Part shown: in pieces, positions 48,546 to 60,284 of the stretch
How positions within the stretch are numbered: position 1 is the first letter of the stretch
Layout of the letters: each line of letters starts with the position of its first letter
IMG/VR virus record: IMGVR_UViG_3300025372_000001
DNA: 64,000 bases
Source of the DNA: a virus
Taxonomy: Duplodnaviria > Caudoviricetes
Direction: 5' to 3' (one strand)
Translations under genes and position numbers: made by a program
Notes under the pieces: generated by a model
Seen by the model: the letters and a program-made list of their open reading frames with translations, nothing else
Told to the model about the DNA's origin: nothing
Database searches by the model: none

Positions 48546-49598
48546 ATGGCATTCCTCTCTGATATTCTTTTCATTCTAAAACGACGTGATGGTTATAATC
48601 CTCAAACAGATTACACCCATTCCTTAAGTACTGGACTTAGTAATTCTTGTTCTTTCATTGATACAATGTTGAAGAACAATGATGTTCTTTCTAATATTGA
48701 AATCGTCAATGATAATAATGATATTGACCGAGTTGTTACTCTTCATAAGCCAAGACGGGTTATTATAGAAGCCTTATGGGTTACGCCTGAAAAGTTTAAA
48801 GTTCTAAATAAACTACATCCAGATGTAATATGGGTTGTACGGCTTCATAGTGAAATTCCTTTCCTTGCCAATGAAGGTATTGCTATTCAATGGATCAATC
48901 AATATCTAACATATCCAAATGTCTATGTTGCTGCTAATTCAGATGTCATCTTTGAAGAACTTCAACATTATGTTAAATCATATAGAAAGGGATATAATAA
49001 AAAATTAGTTTATCTTCCTAATCATTATGAATTAAAAGATATAACAAAATATATTAAAATAATTGATAAAGATTGGATTGATGTTTCATGTTTTGGAGCA
49101 ATCAGACCTTTGAAGAATCATATGATTCAAGCATTAGCGGCTTTGAAGTTTGCTAATAAGATTGGTAAGAAATTGAGATTTCATATTAATTCGGAAAGAA
49201 CGGAACAAAAAGGTGATTCGATTTTAAAGAATTTGATTAGTTTCTTCGATGGATTAAAAGGGCAAGGGCATGAATTAGTGATGCATGAATGGAAGACTTA
49301 TGAAGAATTTTTAATTTTGTGTAGAAGTATGGATATAGGAATGCAATGTAGTTTTTCTGAGACATTTAATATTGTTGCAGCGGACCATATTAATATGGGT
49401 GTGCCCGTGGTTGTTACTGATGAAATTCCTTGGGCATGTTCCTTGTTTACTGCCAATGCAACTAATAGTGATGATATTTGTAAGAAATTAAGAAGAGCAT
49501 ATAAATGGGCAGATTACAATGTTTACTTTAATAAGAAAAATATTAAAAAGTATAATGAAGAAGCAGAAGAATATTGGATGAAGTTTCTCTTGCATTAA
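48546..49598 (+). CDS. GT-B (GT4-like) glycosyltransferase
   Basis: FGAIRPLKNHMIQA, MDIGMQCSFSETFNIVAAD, GVPVV. Confidence 0.85.
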   Translation: MAFLSDILFILKRRDGYNPQTDYTHSLSTGLSNSCSFIDTMLKNNDVLSNIEIVNDNNDIDRVVTLHKPRRVIIEALWVTPEKFKVLNKLHPDVIWVVRLHSEIPFLANEGIAIQWINQYLTYPNVYVAANSDVIFEELQHYVKSYRKGYNKKLVYLPNHYELKDITKYIKIIDKDWIDVSCFGAIRPLKNHMIQALAALKFANKIGKKLRFHINSERTEQKGDSILKNLISFFDGLKGQGHELVMHEWKTYEEFLILCRSMDIGMQCSFSETFNIVAADHINMGVPVVVTDEIPWACSLFTANATNSDDICKKLRRAYKWADYNVYFNKKNIKKYNEEAEEYWMKFLLH

Positions 49599-49604
49599 GA
49601 GCGA

Positions 49605-50090
49605 ATGAGGTTATGTTTGTGTATGACTGCGGAAAATTTTGAACAAACGCGACAATTCTTACAAGAGAACACCCAAACATACGATCAAGTAATTGAGGAT
49701 ATGAAGCAGCATAAAGAGCAATATAGTCCTACGGAAGGAAATATTGTTAGTTTTCTTCCTATTCTACATAATAAAAACGTATTGTTAATGCAATTCTATG
49801 GATATTCTATTAACTTGAATGCAGATGGAACGTGGATTTTTGAGGATACTGCTGGATAATATATGAAAAATCTTAAGAAAGTCGTGTGGTTCCATTACAA
49901 CAAGCCCTATTCTAGAAAATACGGTGTTGATAAATGGACGGTTCATTGGCAAGGAAGTTGTCACATTGTCGATCAAATTCATTGTTATATTCCCACCTTT
50001 TCTAAAAATAGAAAAACTCAACCAAAAGTAGTAATGCGAGGAATGGCATCAGAAGTCCTCATAGAAGATGGAATAATTACCATTCGTTAA
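49605..50090 (+). other. two small hypothetical CDS (49605-49859, 49863-50090)
   Basis: ORF track; second has FHYNKP...WTVH. Confidence 0.55.
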
Positions 50091-50094
50091 CAAT

Positions 50095-50129
50095 AAAAAA
50101 AAAGCCGGAAATTTCTTTCCGGCTTTTTT
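50095..50129. terminator. bidirectional intrinsic terminator
   Basis: AAGCCGGAA/TTCCGGCTT stem flanked by A- and T-runs between convergent genes. Confidence 0.9.
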
Positions 50130-50150
50130 GTTTTTATATATTATAATTTA

Positions 50151-50825
50151 TTAAGGTGTAGTAATGCCACAATTAGTTCCACCAGTATTATTAAGAATAG
50201 TATTCTCATAACCAGCATATACTAGATCAGTAGTAGATAATGCACTAGTATCAATTGAACCACTATCAAAATTGAGAACGGGACGCCACATTTGATATTG
50301 TAATCCAACAGTAAATTGAGTCTTTTGAATTTCAGTTTGATCATATTCAATAGGACCAACACTTTGAGGGAATACCCCAATTAAACGATACACACGTATG
50401 ATTTTACACTGTGGAGACAGAACCGCTATGTCGATACTGGAAGAGTCACAAGGGAAGTTAAACTGCCCACAAGACGTATCCTCGTTGATGGTGGCAAAAG
50501 ACCAGCGTTCAAAGGCATTACGCACAAGATAGTCACCAGGAGTAGAGAAGGTGATTTGCCATGGATTAGGTTCATAACTGGCTTGACCTGGAATCTTAAA
50601 TTTAAATCCTTGATAAGGAATATCAATACTATCAATATTGCGACCTGGAATTGAGTAAGTGGTAGCATAAAGATAACCACCTGCTCCTACTGGATTATCA
50701 ATTAATTCTGCCCTGACATAAGCAGGAACCCCAGGACCGACATCAAGAATACGCACTTGATTCTGTCTAGAGAAATCGTGTTGTTGAAAAATCTGTTTTG
50801 CTTTTTGAATAGAACCGAGAGCCAT
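50151..50825 (-). CDS. T4 gp19-like tail tube / tube-initiator protein
   Basis: YSIPGR...IPYQGFKFKIPG...WQITF...RNAFERW...LIGVFP...FTVGLQYQMW; late promoter. Confidence 0.8.
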   Translation of the reverse strand: MALGSIQKAKQIFQQHDFSRQNQVRILDVGPGVPAYVRAELIDNPVGAGGYLYATTYSIPGRNIDSIDIPYQGFKFKIPGQASYEPNPWQITFSTPGDYLVRNAFERWSFATINEDTSCGQFNFPCDSSSIDIAVLSPQCKIIRVYRLIGVFPQSVGPIEYDQTEIQKTQFTVGLQYQMWRPVLNFDSGSIDTSALSTTDLVYAGYENTILNNTGGTNCGITTP

Positions 50826-50870
50826 GATTATAATTATTTATCATGGTTTTCCTCATTTCAGAAAAAACAA

Positions 50871-50908
50871 AAAAACCATAAGAGGAACTAGCCCCTTATG
50901 GTTTTTTT
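50871..50908. terminator. intrinsic terminator downstream of hsp20
   Basis: AAAAACCATAAG/CTTATGGTTTTT stem. Confidence 0.75.
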
Positions 50909-50929
50909 GACTTATACTATTATCTGTTA

Positions 50930-51382
50930 TTAACCGATATTAATATTTGTTTTTGTTGATTTCTTTTCTTCTGGTTTTTTAACCGGAAGGGTGATCTTAA
51001 GTAAACCATCTTCAAATACTGAAGAGATTTTACTTTGTTCAAAATGGTCGTCGATATACCATTTCTGTGTAATAGCCTTCTTACGAATAGACTCTTTCAC
51101 ATATTGAACGTCTTTAACTTTGTCATGTTTCTTGACAGAGAGAACAAGAGAACCATCCTCAATTGAGAGAGAAATGTCTTCTTTCTTGTATCCTGCAAGA
51201 GGAACTTCGACAATAAGATTACCTTCTTTGTTGTAATATTGATCAGTTGGATAGGGATCAGTATTTAATGAATTGAAGATACTTTGAAAATCTGATCCAA
51301 ATAGATCAGAAACAAATTTATCTAATTCAGTTGTGCTTGTCCAAAATGGAAAAGCCCGATTTGTTAGGTTTAGTGTATTCAT
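50930..51382 (-). CDS. small heat-shock protein (Hsp20)
   Basis: VEVPLAGYKKEDI, FEDGLLKITLP. Confidence 0.92.
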   Translation of the reverse strand: MNTLNLTNRAFPFWTSTTELDKFVSDLFGSDFQSIFNSLNTDPYPTDQYYNKEGNLIVEVPLAGYKKEDISLSIEDGSLVLSVKKHDKVKDVQYVKESIRKKAITQKWYIDDHFEQSKISSVFEDGLLKITLPVKKPEEKKSTKTNINIG

Positions 51383-51452
51383 TTTTTGTTTGTTTTTGTT
51401 TATCAGATAATTTTCCCTTTCGGCAAAAATTATCCATAAAATCTTTTTTTAT

Positions 51453-51821
51453 TTATTCGCTTTGCCAAATTTTATTTTTAAACATTTGGCGATTTTCTAG
51501 GCATTTAAAATATTGATTATTAAAGTTATCTTTTAACTTTTGCTCCCATGTTTCGATTTCCTTATAAGTTTTAAACTTTTTACAGAATTCAACTAATTCA
51601 TTAAAATTATCAGATAAATGTGGTTGATTTATGCTCCATAATTCAGGAAATTGATTACCTGCCATAAAAGGATCAATAAAATTATGCCAAGACCATCCTT
51701 TATAATATTGAGCAATATAATAAAATTGTCCATATGCAATAACTCTAGTCTTCACCTTCGTCTCCTTCTCAGGAGGAACATAACCAACTACTTTCAATAA
51801 TGGTTTTAATAAATTATACAT
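51453..51821 (-). CDS. hypothetical protein (first residues repeated in 51824-52012)
   Basis: Both ORFs start MYNLLK. Confidence 0.55.
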   Translation of the reverse strand: MYNLLKPLLKVVGYVPPEKETKVKTRVIAYGQFYYIAQYYKGWSWHNFIDPFMAGNQFPELWSINQPHLSDNFNELVEFCKKFKTYKEIETWEQKLKDNFNNQYFKCLENRQMFKNKIWQSE

Positions 51822-52013
51822 AATTAAATTTTAAAAATAAAAGAGTTACTGAACAATTTACTGAAATCTTTCGAATAGTGATAGTATTGAATATCAAAAT
51901 ATCCTTTACCTTTATTGACTACTCTACAATTCATTCTATTGTGAATATTTCCATCAGTGATATATCTTACGTCTGTAAAAAATTCTTTAAGCTGCTTTAA
52001 TAAATTATACATA

Positions 52014-52331
52014 TTAGGTTAAATGATAATCAATTTCCGTAATATTTCTCGCTTCTTCTTGTTCACATGATAATGAATATTTCATAGGAATACCATTATT
52101 AACCTTTAAACAGGATCGCATATCTCCCGAAACAGTTTGAACATAATTATATAATGCCTTATAAGGAATATCATTTTCCGTAACTTCTTCCTTGAACAAG
52201 TCTTCTCCTACGTTGACAAATTTAATTGCATTACAAAAAGCAAACCAAAGAGACAATTCAGTGTCATTCATTTCTTTTGCAGGTTTAGCATGAGAACTAT
52301 TCAAATTTAAGTCGAGAATTAACGGATTCAT
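52014..52331 (-). CDS. hypothetical protein
   Basis: ORF track. Confidence 0.65.
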   Translation of the reverse strand: MNPLILDLNLNSSHAKPAKEMNDTELSLWFAFCNAIKFVNVGEDLFKEEVTENDIPYKALYNYVQTVSGDMRSCLKVNNGIPMKYSLSCEQEEARNITEIDYHLT

Positions 52332-52851
52332 AGGGTTGTAAGGTTAGAGTTCCAATAAAGGGTAGATTACGTAGTTTTAGAGTTTTAACAAGGAATCCTC
52401 TAGCGGCTGGTTCCGTGCCATATTCAACAGTCCTTGGATCAATAAAAGCTTCTCCTAAGAAAGAATTGACCATGTTTTGAAGAGTAACTATTTCGGAATT
52501 ACCTCGATTAGAAGCATTAAAAACTTCAAATGCTGCCTTAATTTTACGAGTTAATGTTTGAAAAAGTTCTCCATGTTTTGCCCAAAATTTAAATTGGTTT
52601 TCTTTCATAGAGACTTCACAATCTTTACACATGAATTCTCTGGCAAGTTTTTCTTCATCTCCCCAATAATCAAACCGGGCTTGATATTGATCAGGATTAA
52701 GAATCTTTTCTGTTGCACAGAATGCACAAGGAATAGTTCTATTCGTTCTAGTTAAACGCGGGCGTTCTTCTAAAATCTGTTTTGGTTCTTTTTTCTCTTT
52801 TCTTTTTCGTTGTTTCATTTCAGGAACAACGAATTCGCTAGTGTTTTCCAT
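52297..52851 (-). CDS. Zn-binding hypothetical protein
   Basis: CAFC...CKDC. Confidence 0.7.
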   Translation of the reverse strand: MENTSEFVVPEMKQRKRKEKKEPKQILEERPRLTRTNRTIPCAFCATEKILNPDQYQARFDYWGDEEKLAREFMCKDCEVSMKENQFKFWAKHGELFQTLTRKIKAAFEVFNASNRGNSEIVTLQNMVNSFLGEAFIDPRTVEYGTEPAARGFLVKTLKLRNLPFIGTLTLQPYESVNSRLKFE

Positions 52852-52856
52852 AAATT

Positions 52857-53775
52857 TTATAATTGTTCAAAGAATTGAAGATGAGCAAAATTGTTTTCGT
52901 CTTTATCGTCAATTGGTGGATATTCTTCTAACCAGACTGCGCACCAAGAACCATACACTTCACATTTAGAAACTGTATAAATTTCTCCTACTTTAAAATA
53001 ATTTTTTACTCGTTCAATAATATTAGTAAAGTGAGGATAAACAAAGGCAGGAATGCCTTTAAATTTAAGTTTATCACCGGGTTTGGGCCAATTAGTTTTC
53101 ATATTGTTAGTGTAAATCGTTCATGGGATAATCGTTAGCATCATTACATCCACAATTCCCACTACAACACGGGTTTTCCTTTGAAACTGAAGGAAATTTC
53201 AAAATATTATCAGTACGTTCTAGATAATCTTGATCTGTTTCATACCCTTTACTAGTGGGATTTTGGCACCATGTTGGACCCATTCCACAAGGGCAATTAC
53301 TATTCGGACAAGAATAACACATGACCCCAGATAATTCTAATCCACATTTACTACATCCGGCTAATGTATGAGGTCGGGGAATTTCTACAGGAGGGCGGAA
53401 AGGAAAAGCTTTCATATGGTCATTCTTTTCTTTTTCGTGTTTCTTAAAAGCCTCTTGAATTTTTCTTGCTATTTCCGCTTGTGCATTATGCACTTCCGAA
53501 CCATTATAATCTGCAATCATCTTTATTTCAGGAACAACCGTTTCAATGACAAACAACAAAACAATATCAGTATTAATATTCAACCACTGACTACTATGTT
53601 CGTCCTTAACTTTGATATAATAACTAAATGCATCAGTTACTTTCCATTGTTCCTTATAAAATGTTGGGTCGTTTTTACGATAAAATACCACTTCATGTCC
53701 TACTAATTTAGCAGTTTCTAAATTGACAAGACTTCCTGTATAATACTCTTCAATTGCTCTCTTTATATTGCTCAT
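52857..53775 (-). other. two hypothetical CDS (52857-53102, 53107-53775); second has a Cys-rich C-terminus
   Basis: ORF track. Confidence 0.6.
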
Positions 53776-53780
53776 AATTA

Positions 53781-55114
53781 TTATAAAATACCTTCTAGTA
53801 TTCCCAGAAGATATACCAAGAACACAGTATTGTCAACGGATTCTTTGTTAAATTGTGACACATCGACACTCTTCAATTGCTCAATTGTGCCAACAATATC
53901 AATATCTCTTCCTCCTGACACATTAGTCATTGCCTGAATAAAGAAATCTCTCACTAATTCCCAATGATGAATAATATCTCTATTATTTTTACAAGTCTTA
54001 GCAGTAATATTTGCCAATTTATATTTCTTAATATCTTCTGGCTTAAAGTTTAAAGAAAATTTCCGAATAGTTTCTTTTAGTTGTTCTAGACTTGCCGATT
54101 CTTCTGCAACAGGAACTTCTGCTTGAATAGCAGAATTAGGTCGAAAATAGTGGATAGAACTATTTTGAATAGGATTAAAGTCTGGAATCAATCGAGACAT
54201 TATAATGCATTAGTGTTGACCGGAGTTTGAACAGCAGCAGTAAGAAAAGTCACATGTACTGCATTTCTTTTCCCACAATTGCCACATTGATATTCCGTAT
54301 CATTTAAATCTAAATTCATTGTTGCCACATTTCCACAATGCTGACATGCTGTATCAATAGCATATTGCTTAAAAGGCTTGCTATTATATTCATCTAATAC
54401 TTTCTTAATCGTATATTTCTCGTAAAAGAAATTACTAATTTTAGGAAGTATTAGTTGTAGACCAATTAAGGAATAGAAAATGTGCCAAAAGGGATATGCA
54501 AGAAAATACTGTAATCCTAATGCTAATGATGCTGCGATTAATGCAACAAGACACAAGGATACTAATACTATTAATATTCTTTTAGAGGTTTTCATGAATT
54601 ACTTGGATGGTTCAGAGAGGATTTGAGTAACTCCTTGTTTACAGAAAGAACCGCAATTGGTGCAGCGCCATGTACAATTCATTACTTTCTTTCCAGAGGA
54701 TTCAGTGACTGATTGTTCTCTGCCGTACACCGTACCGCTACAACTTTGACATCTAATGGGGACATTTCTAATAAGGTTCATATTTTTCTATTTATTATCG
54801 AATGGCTCGAATATCTTCTTCAATCTGACATAGTCAGCATATTGTTGTTTTCTGCGTTTTTCTTCTTGCCATTTATATACATCCGTTCGTTTAAGGAATT
54901 CCTCATCTGTTTCTTTTCGATGTCCCACAAATATTAATTTGAGAGATTCGTAATCATAGCTTAACTTAATCTTATTAAGACCTTGTTTTGCTCCTTGTCT
55001 CGCCGCTTTTTCAAAAAGATTTCGCAATAAAGAAACTGCTTCTTCTTCATATACATCATCAAATTCAAAATTGTTTAGTTCACAAATTTCAAGTTGTTTA
55101 ATTTCTTTTTCCAT
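53781..55114 (-). other. four hypothetical CDS (53781-54200; 54200-54595 with 2 TM and Zn ribbon; 54599-54781 Zn ribbon; 54788-55114)
   Basis: ORF track; CxxC pairs. Confidence 0.65.
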
Positions 55115-55120
55115 ATTTTT

Positions 55121-56041
55121 TTATAGTGAAAGGTTATCTATCCAATTCTCGCAATCTTGATCATTGGTGATTTTAGAGAATAATTGTTGCCAAGAACCAA
55201 TTTGTCTTAATACACTTGTTCCGCCATATTCATTCATCAAATCAATAAATTCTTTACGATTGAATTTACTATCTCTCTGTTCGTTGATCTGTTGTTCCGC
55301 ATGAAGCATATCATCTGAACAATTCTTCATTCCGTAAGAAATGTCAACGACCTTTAAATTATTTCTAATTAATTCTTTCTGTTCGTCCGTCAGTTTATCA
55401 TATTCTTCTAAAGAACTTTTATTAATTTCTTCTGCAAGGGTACATGCTCTCTTATCCCCAAATTTAGGCAATCCTTCAATGTTATCGGAAACATCTCCTT
55501 TAATTGCTTTGAATAGAATATAACTTTCCAAAGAACAACCTGCAAACTCCACAAAATTATTAATATCAACTATTCCTCGATTAGGAAGCAATTGATCAGT
55601 TTTATGAGAAACTAATTGTAATAAATCTCTATCCGAAGAAACAATTAAATTATTTCCTTCTAATACAGAACAAAGATAATAAATGACATCGTCTCCTTCC
55701 AGACTATATGGTAATATAGTTTTAATTCCAAGGGTATTACAAATATTAATTATAATAGGGAAATACGTGTGAATCTGTCTAGTATCGTCTGATTCAACAC
55801 GTTGTTCTTTGTAAGAGGAAACTAAGGTTCTACGAAAGTTAACGGCATCTGGATTGGAACGTTTATCCCATGTGATATAAACATTGTTTGGGGTATATTC
55901 TTCCATGAGATTCTTAAGCATTGTTAAGAATTTATGAATTGGGGCAATATTTAAACCATTATGAAATTTAGGATATTTCTTTTGAGCAAAATATGCACGA
56001 TATAAAAAATTGTTTCCATCTATGATAAGATTGTTATACAT
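55121..56041 (-). CDS. 5'-3' exonuclease / flap endonuclease (T4 RNase H-like)
   Basis: IIDGNNFLYR, YKEQR, LEGDDVI, VSSDRDLLQL, KGDVSDNIEGLPKFG. Confidence 0.95.
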   Translation of the reverse strand: MYNNLIIDGNNFLYRAYFAQKKYPKFHNGLNIAPIHKFLTMLKNLMEEYTPNNVYITWDKRSNPDAVNFRRTLVSSYKEQRVESDDTRQIHTYFPIIINICNTLGIKTILPYSLEGDDVIYYLCSVLEGNNLIVSSDRDLLQLVSHKTDQLLPNRGIVDINNFVEFAGCSLESYILFKAIKGDVSDNIEGLPKFGDKRACTLAEEINKSSLEEYDKLTDEQKELIRNNLKVVDISYGMKNCSDDMLHAEQQINEQRDSKFNRKEFIDLMNEYGGTSVLRQIGSWQQLFSKITNDQDCENWIDNLSL

Positions 56042-56057
56042 GGAGACAACTTACTCT

Positions 56058-56342
56058 TTAGTTTGGGTTTTGCAATTTATTATTTTCCCAAACGGCATGC
56101 ATTTCTTGAACAATATTATGTGGTAAAATCTCAATAAAAACTATATCTTTTTCTTTAATTCGTTTATCCAATTCGGATTTTGGTAAGGAGAAATTGATAT
56201 TTCCATCAATTAAAAGTTTTACTCCTTCGATATTTTTGTCATTTTCTTCTAAACAAATTAGGCCAACTCCTCTTTGGTGAATATCTTCGTTTAAATTGAC
56301 GGTTATACCGTAAGCAACATTTTTGTATTTCGAGCGAAACAT
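56058..56342 (-). CDS. hypothetical protein, late
   Basis: ORF track; TAAATA upstream. Confidence 0.6.
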   Translation of the reverse strand: MFRSKYKNVAYGITVNLNEDIHQRGVGLICLEENDKNIEGVKLLIDGNINFSLPKSELDKRIKEKDIVFIEILPHNIVQEMHAVWENNKLQNPN

Positions 56343-56385
56343 ATTGTTTTATTATTTATTTAAAGATTGAAAAGAGGTAAAGGAA

Positions 56386-56589
56386 GTGATAAAGTACTAC
56401 TCTATGTATAATACTATAGCAGGCAATTATGTCAAGGTAACAGTGGGAAATCAAGTATTTGAAATTCCGTCCGATAAAGCACAAGAAGTATTTTCCTTAC
56501 TATCAAGGTTACAAAGTATTTCTATTCATTCAGAAAACAATCCTTCCCCGGTTCTATCGTATCAAGGAAAATCGTTAATTTGTGGTTAA
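56386..56589 (+). CDS. small hypothetical protein
   Basis: ORF track; start uncertain. Confidence 0.5.
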   Translation: MIKYYSMYNTIAGNYVKVTVGNQVFEIPSDKAQEVFSLLSRLQSISIHSENNPSPVLSYQGKSLICG

Positions 56590-56714
56590 TATGAAACAAT
56601 TATATAAAGTTGGGGGATGGTCATGCTTACTGGTGGGTTTGTGGAGTATTTGGGGATTTGGAGCAGCAGCAATCTTTATTGGCTTGACATTGTTTGTCAT
56701 CGGTGCTACATTAG

Positions 56715-57638
56715 ATGATGCAAAATGCTACAAGTGAACAGTTACTATCTAATGTTTGGACATTAAAATATGCACCAACAACTATTGACGATCTTCTTCT
56801 ATCCGAGGAAAATCGTCAATTTTTTTCATCCCTTACCGGATTAAATAATAATTTATTGTTCATCTCTAGCCCAGGAGGAGGGAAAACTTCCACAGCCAAA
56901 ATTCTATCTAAGAAATTTTCTCCCTTCTCTTACATTTATATCAATGCATCAGAAGAAAATGGAATTGATGTAGTACGAACTAAGATTAGTAATTTCATTT
57001 CTATTCAATCATTCGATGGTAATCCTAAAGTGGTTATCCTTGATGAAATTGATGGAGCAACTACAAACTTTCAACAAGCATTGAGAGGCGTAATGGAAGA
57101 ATACCTAGAAGATGTTAAATTTATTCTTACCGGAAACTTTAAACATAAAATTTTAGAAGCCATTCAAAGCAGATGTCAAACCTTTGATTTTTCTTTGAAT
57201 ATTAAAGACGTTTTTGCTCGAATGATTTATATTCTTAAGCAAGAAAAGATTACTATTCTTGAAGAAGATAAGAAAGCTCTTGTAACTCTTCTCAAGTCTC
57301 ATTTTCCTGATATTCGTAAGACTATCAATGAATTACAAAAATGTTGTATTACAGGTAAATTCATTCCTAATATCAAGAAAGAAGAAACCCTTTCTTCTAC
57401 TATTGTGGAAAGATTAAAAAATAAAACAAATGTGTGGGAAATTAGGAAATACGTGCTTGCGCATGAACAAGATTTCAATAGTGATTATCATTTCTTAATG
57501 AAGAAATTGTTTGATCATTATGTCTTAGAAGAGAATGCAGGAAAGGTATTATTGATTGTTGACGCCATGTATAAACACAGTATTGTTGCAGATGCAGAGG
57601 TAAACTTTGCAGGTCTTTTAATCAATTTAGCAAAATAA
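56715..57638 (+). CDS. sliding-clamp loader ATPase subunit (RFC / T4 gp44-like)
   Basis: WTLKYAP, SPGGGKTS, INASEENGID, ILDEIDG, AIQSRC, FPDIRKTINELQ. Confidence 0.95.
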   Translation: MMQNATSEQLLSNVWTLKYAPTTIDDLLLSEENRQFFSSLTGLNNNLLFISSPGGGKTSTAKILSKKFSPFSYIYINASEENGIDVVRTKISNFISIQSFDGNPKVVILDEIDGATTNFQQALRGVMEEYLEDVKFILTGNFKHKILEAIQSRCQTFDFSLNIKDVFARMIYILKQEKITILEEDKKALVTLLKSHFPDIRKTINELQKCCITGKFIPNIKKEETLSSTIVERLKNKTNVWEIRKYVLAHEQDFNSDYHFLMKKLFDHYVLEENAGKVLLIVDAMYKHSIVADAEVNFAGLLINLAK

Positions 57639-57641
57639 AAT

Positions 57642-58672
57642 ATGAAAGTTATTATCATTAATAATCCTGAAATTCTCTCTTCTATTAAGAACAATGTTGA
57701 ACAGCTTCTTCTTGATATTGAAGAAGGAAAAGTTGCTCGATTAAAACATGCTCAAGATGATTGGAATAATTTATCTAGATTTGGGCAATGGTGGGATGAA
57801 AATTTTACCGCTACGTTTAAATCTAAAAAATATAAACTAATTTTGACTCAAAAATCAAATGATATGTGGTGTTTGGGTCAAAAGTTGATTTGTTTGGATT
57901 TTCTTAAGAAATTGAATTCAGGAAAAACGTCCTTTCAGTTTTCAGAAAGTGATTGTGAAAAATTATCAATTATGGATTTGTGGGAAAAGTATCCTGCCAA
58001 AACCGTTAAGAGGGATCATTAATATGCAAGAATTAAAATTATATTTTTTAAACCGGGTCAAATTTCTGTCTATTTTCGGTGGATTATCTGATGAAGAAGC
58101 ATTGAAACTTTGGGAAAGTCCGTTAGAGTGGTGGAACCGAAACAACGATTATTCACAAAATATTTTACGGGATAATCTGAACACATTAAACACTATCAAA
58201 GAATTGATTAGAATTCTTCGAGACAAGAATGATCCTGAATTAAATGCAATCATTAAGAAATTAATAGATGTTTAATAAAAAATAATATATGGAAAATTAT
58301 TTCATTTTTGTAGAACACCACGGATTTGATAAACTTAAATTTTATAAAATCCCATCCTCTATTCCGTATAGACAGTTAATTTCTTTAGGAGGATTTCGGA
58401 ATCGGCAGCATCTCTTTATAAGGGAAACATGGTTTTACCATCTATTCCAAAATGAATATGAGGAAATGGTGCAAGGATTTAATAAGGCTGATAAGAATCA
58501 TACATTATATACATTGTATCAAAATTATTTGAGTCTTCCTATTATTGATTGTATTGATCTTTATGATTTCTATGACAAAGTAGGATGGGATAAGAAAAAG
58601 AAGAAATTTATCAATCCTCAAAAATTATTTGCTCGCGCAGTAAATATGTATTATGAGACGTGTTACCCCTAG
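57642..58672 (+). other. three hypothetical CDS (57642-58022, 58024-58275, 58289-58672)
   Basis: ORF track. Confidence 0.6.
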
Positions 58673-58955
58673 CTTTGTAGAAAATAATGAAAGAAATATT
58701 GCCATTTGGACAGAAATGCAAGTAGGCGGCATGGGCTTCGATATTATCAATGACACGAATTTTCATACAGGAAATTATTATGAAATAATTCCTCTTAGTA
58801 CTACTGCTACAGTTGCATCTGCCACATTCTATCCAGGCTATTCAGGGAGTCCGTTACTTTCTGCTGTTCCTCTTCCTCAAGGACTTCGTTTTAAAGCAGA
58901 TTTCACCGGGATTAAACTATCTTCGGGTTCAGTTGTAGGTTATTACCTGTACTAA
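58653..58955 (+). CDS. small late beta-rich virion protein
   Basis: TAAATA 58641-58646; FTGIKLSSGSVVGY. Confidence 0.65.
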   Translation: MRRVTPSFVENNERNIAIWTEMQVGGMGFDIINDTNFHTGNYYEIIPLSTTATVASATFYPGYSGSPLLSAVPLPQGLRFKADFTGIKLSSGSVVGYYLY

Positions 58956-59170
58956 TTTTATATAAGGAATAGAAGTATTGGGGATATTCATTACTTCCTC
59001 CACAACGTATTTTTTGAAACGGATACAAAATCCGATTTTCTTCTTGTTTAAATTGATATTTTCCTTCAAAAATATCTTCAGATTTTTCGATAAAGCCTGT
59101 TAAGTTTTCCCATTCGGTTTCCATTTACATAATTTAGCATCTTGCCGAGCCAAAGTAAATAGTAATAATA

Positions 59171-60280
59171 ATGGCGAATCAAGAAATTAAAATCTCTGCA
59201 CTTTCTGCGAATAATAATTTAAATCAACAACACTCTTATTTTGTGATGTTGGATACTGGAAACACTACGCAAAGTGTTAGTGGTTCAACCATGAAAACTC
59301 CTGGTAGTGCTCTATCTACAATGGTTTGGAGTAATTCTAGTCATTATGGATTAGATAGTTTAAAAGAAGTAACTAATGTTGTACAGACCTATAGTGGAAA
59401 TACAAATCTCATTAGAAATGACATTTGGGGTTATCCTAATGATGCAGTGCGGATGACTCCTTATGAATGGGGTCAAGCTATTATAATGGCATCCAGTTCT
59501 AATAGCATTGTTAGATGGCATGCAAGAGAATCTTCATATGGAAACACTAATATATTAGGTGTTATTAATATTGTTACGGATGGATATACTTGGGTAACAT
59601 ATAATATAGGTCCACAAGAATATCCATTGCCTACTGGTTATCATTATTATGTTTATGCCGACAATAGTGATTATTCAGGATATGTATATGCTACCGATTC
59701 TGATATTTCTACTATTACGTTACGTTATAGTAGTGCTCCTCCTAGCGAGTTTTCCGGGGGAGGATATATTAGTGTTCCTTCATTATACAATCAAGTTCAA
59801 GCACAATCTAATGGTGTTTATATCAAAGCAGCTAACTGGACAGAAACACCAACATATAGCTATAATTGGTTGTTTGGCACGGATGGAACATTCAAGGTTC
59901 CTGCTCCTGGTATTATTGATCATAACAATAAACCAATTGGAAAAAGGACTTCCACTGTTTATGAAAACATAAACGAATCAGGAAATATTGGAGTAGATGC
60001 ATCATCTTATGATGAATATGTCATTCCTTTGAGTGCATCGGGATTATCGGCTAATTTTCTTCCTCCTTCTAATGCATATGATTCACAAATAATTATGTGG
60101 AATATTCGGTATTTACATAATACGGATTCTGTAACTCTTGATTCACATTTCAGAGTACCAATGACGACCTTAAATTGGTCATTATCGGCAGGGCGAATGG
60201 ATATTTTTGCGGCTAAGTATAATGGGCCTGATAATAAATGGGATGTAATTAGTTTTGCTCCTGGATATATTATTTTTTAA
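59171..60280 (+). CDS. tail fibre-like late protein
   Basis: MANQEIKISALS; WLFGTDGTFKVP; LSAGRMDIFAAKY; TAAATA 59156-59161. Confidence 0.65.
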   Translation: MANQEIKISALSANNNLNQQHSYFVMLDTGNTTQSVSGSTMKTPGSALSTMVWSNSSHYGLDSLKEVTNVVQTYSGNTNLIRNDIWGYPNDAVRMTPYEWGQAIIMASSSNSIVRWHARESSYGNTNILGVINIVTDGYTWVTYNIGPQEYPLPTGYHYYVYADNSDYSGYVYATDSDISTITLRYSSAPPSEFSGGGYISVPSLYNQVQAQSNGVYIKAANWTETPTYSYNWLFGTDGTFKVPAPGIIDHNNKPIGKRTSTVYENINESGNIGVDASSYDEYVIPLSASGLSANFLPPSNAYDSQIIMWNIRYLHNTDSVTLDSHFRVPMTTLNWSLSAGRMDIFAAKYNGPDNKWDVISFAPGYIIF

Positions 60281-60284
60281 TTAA

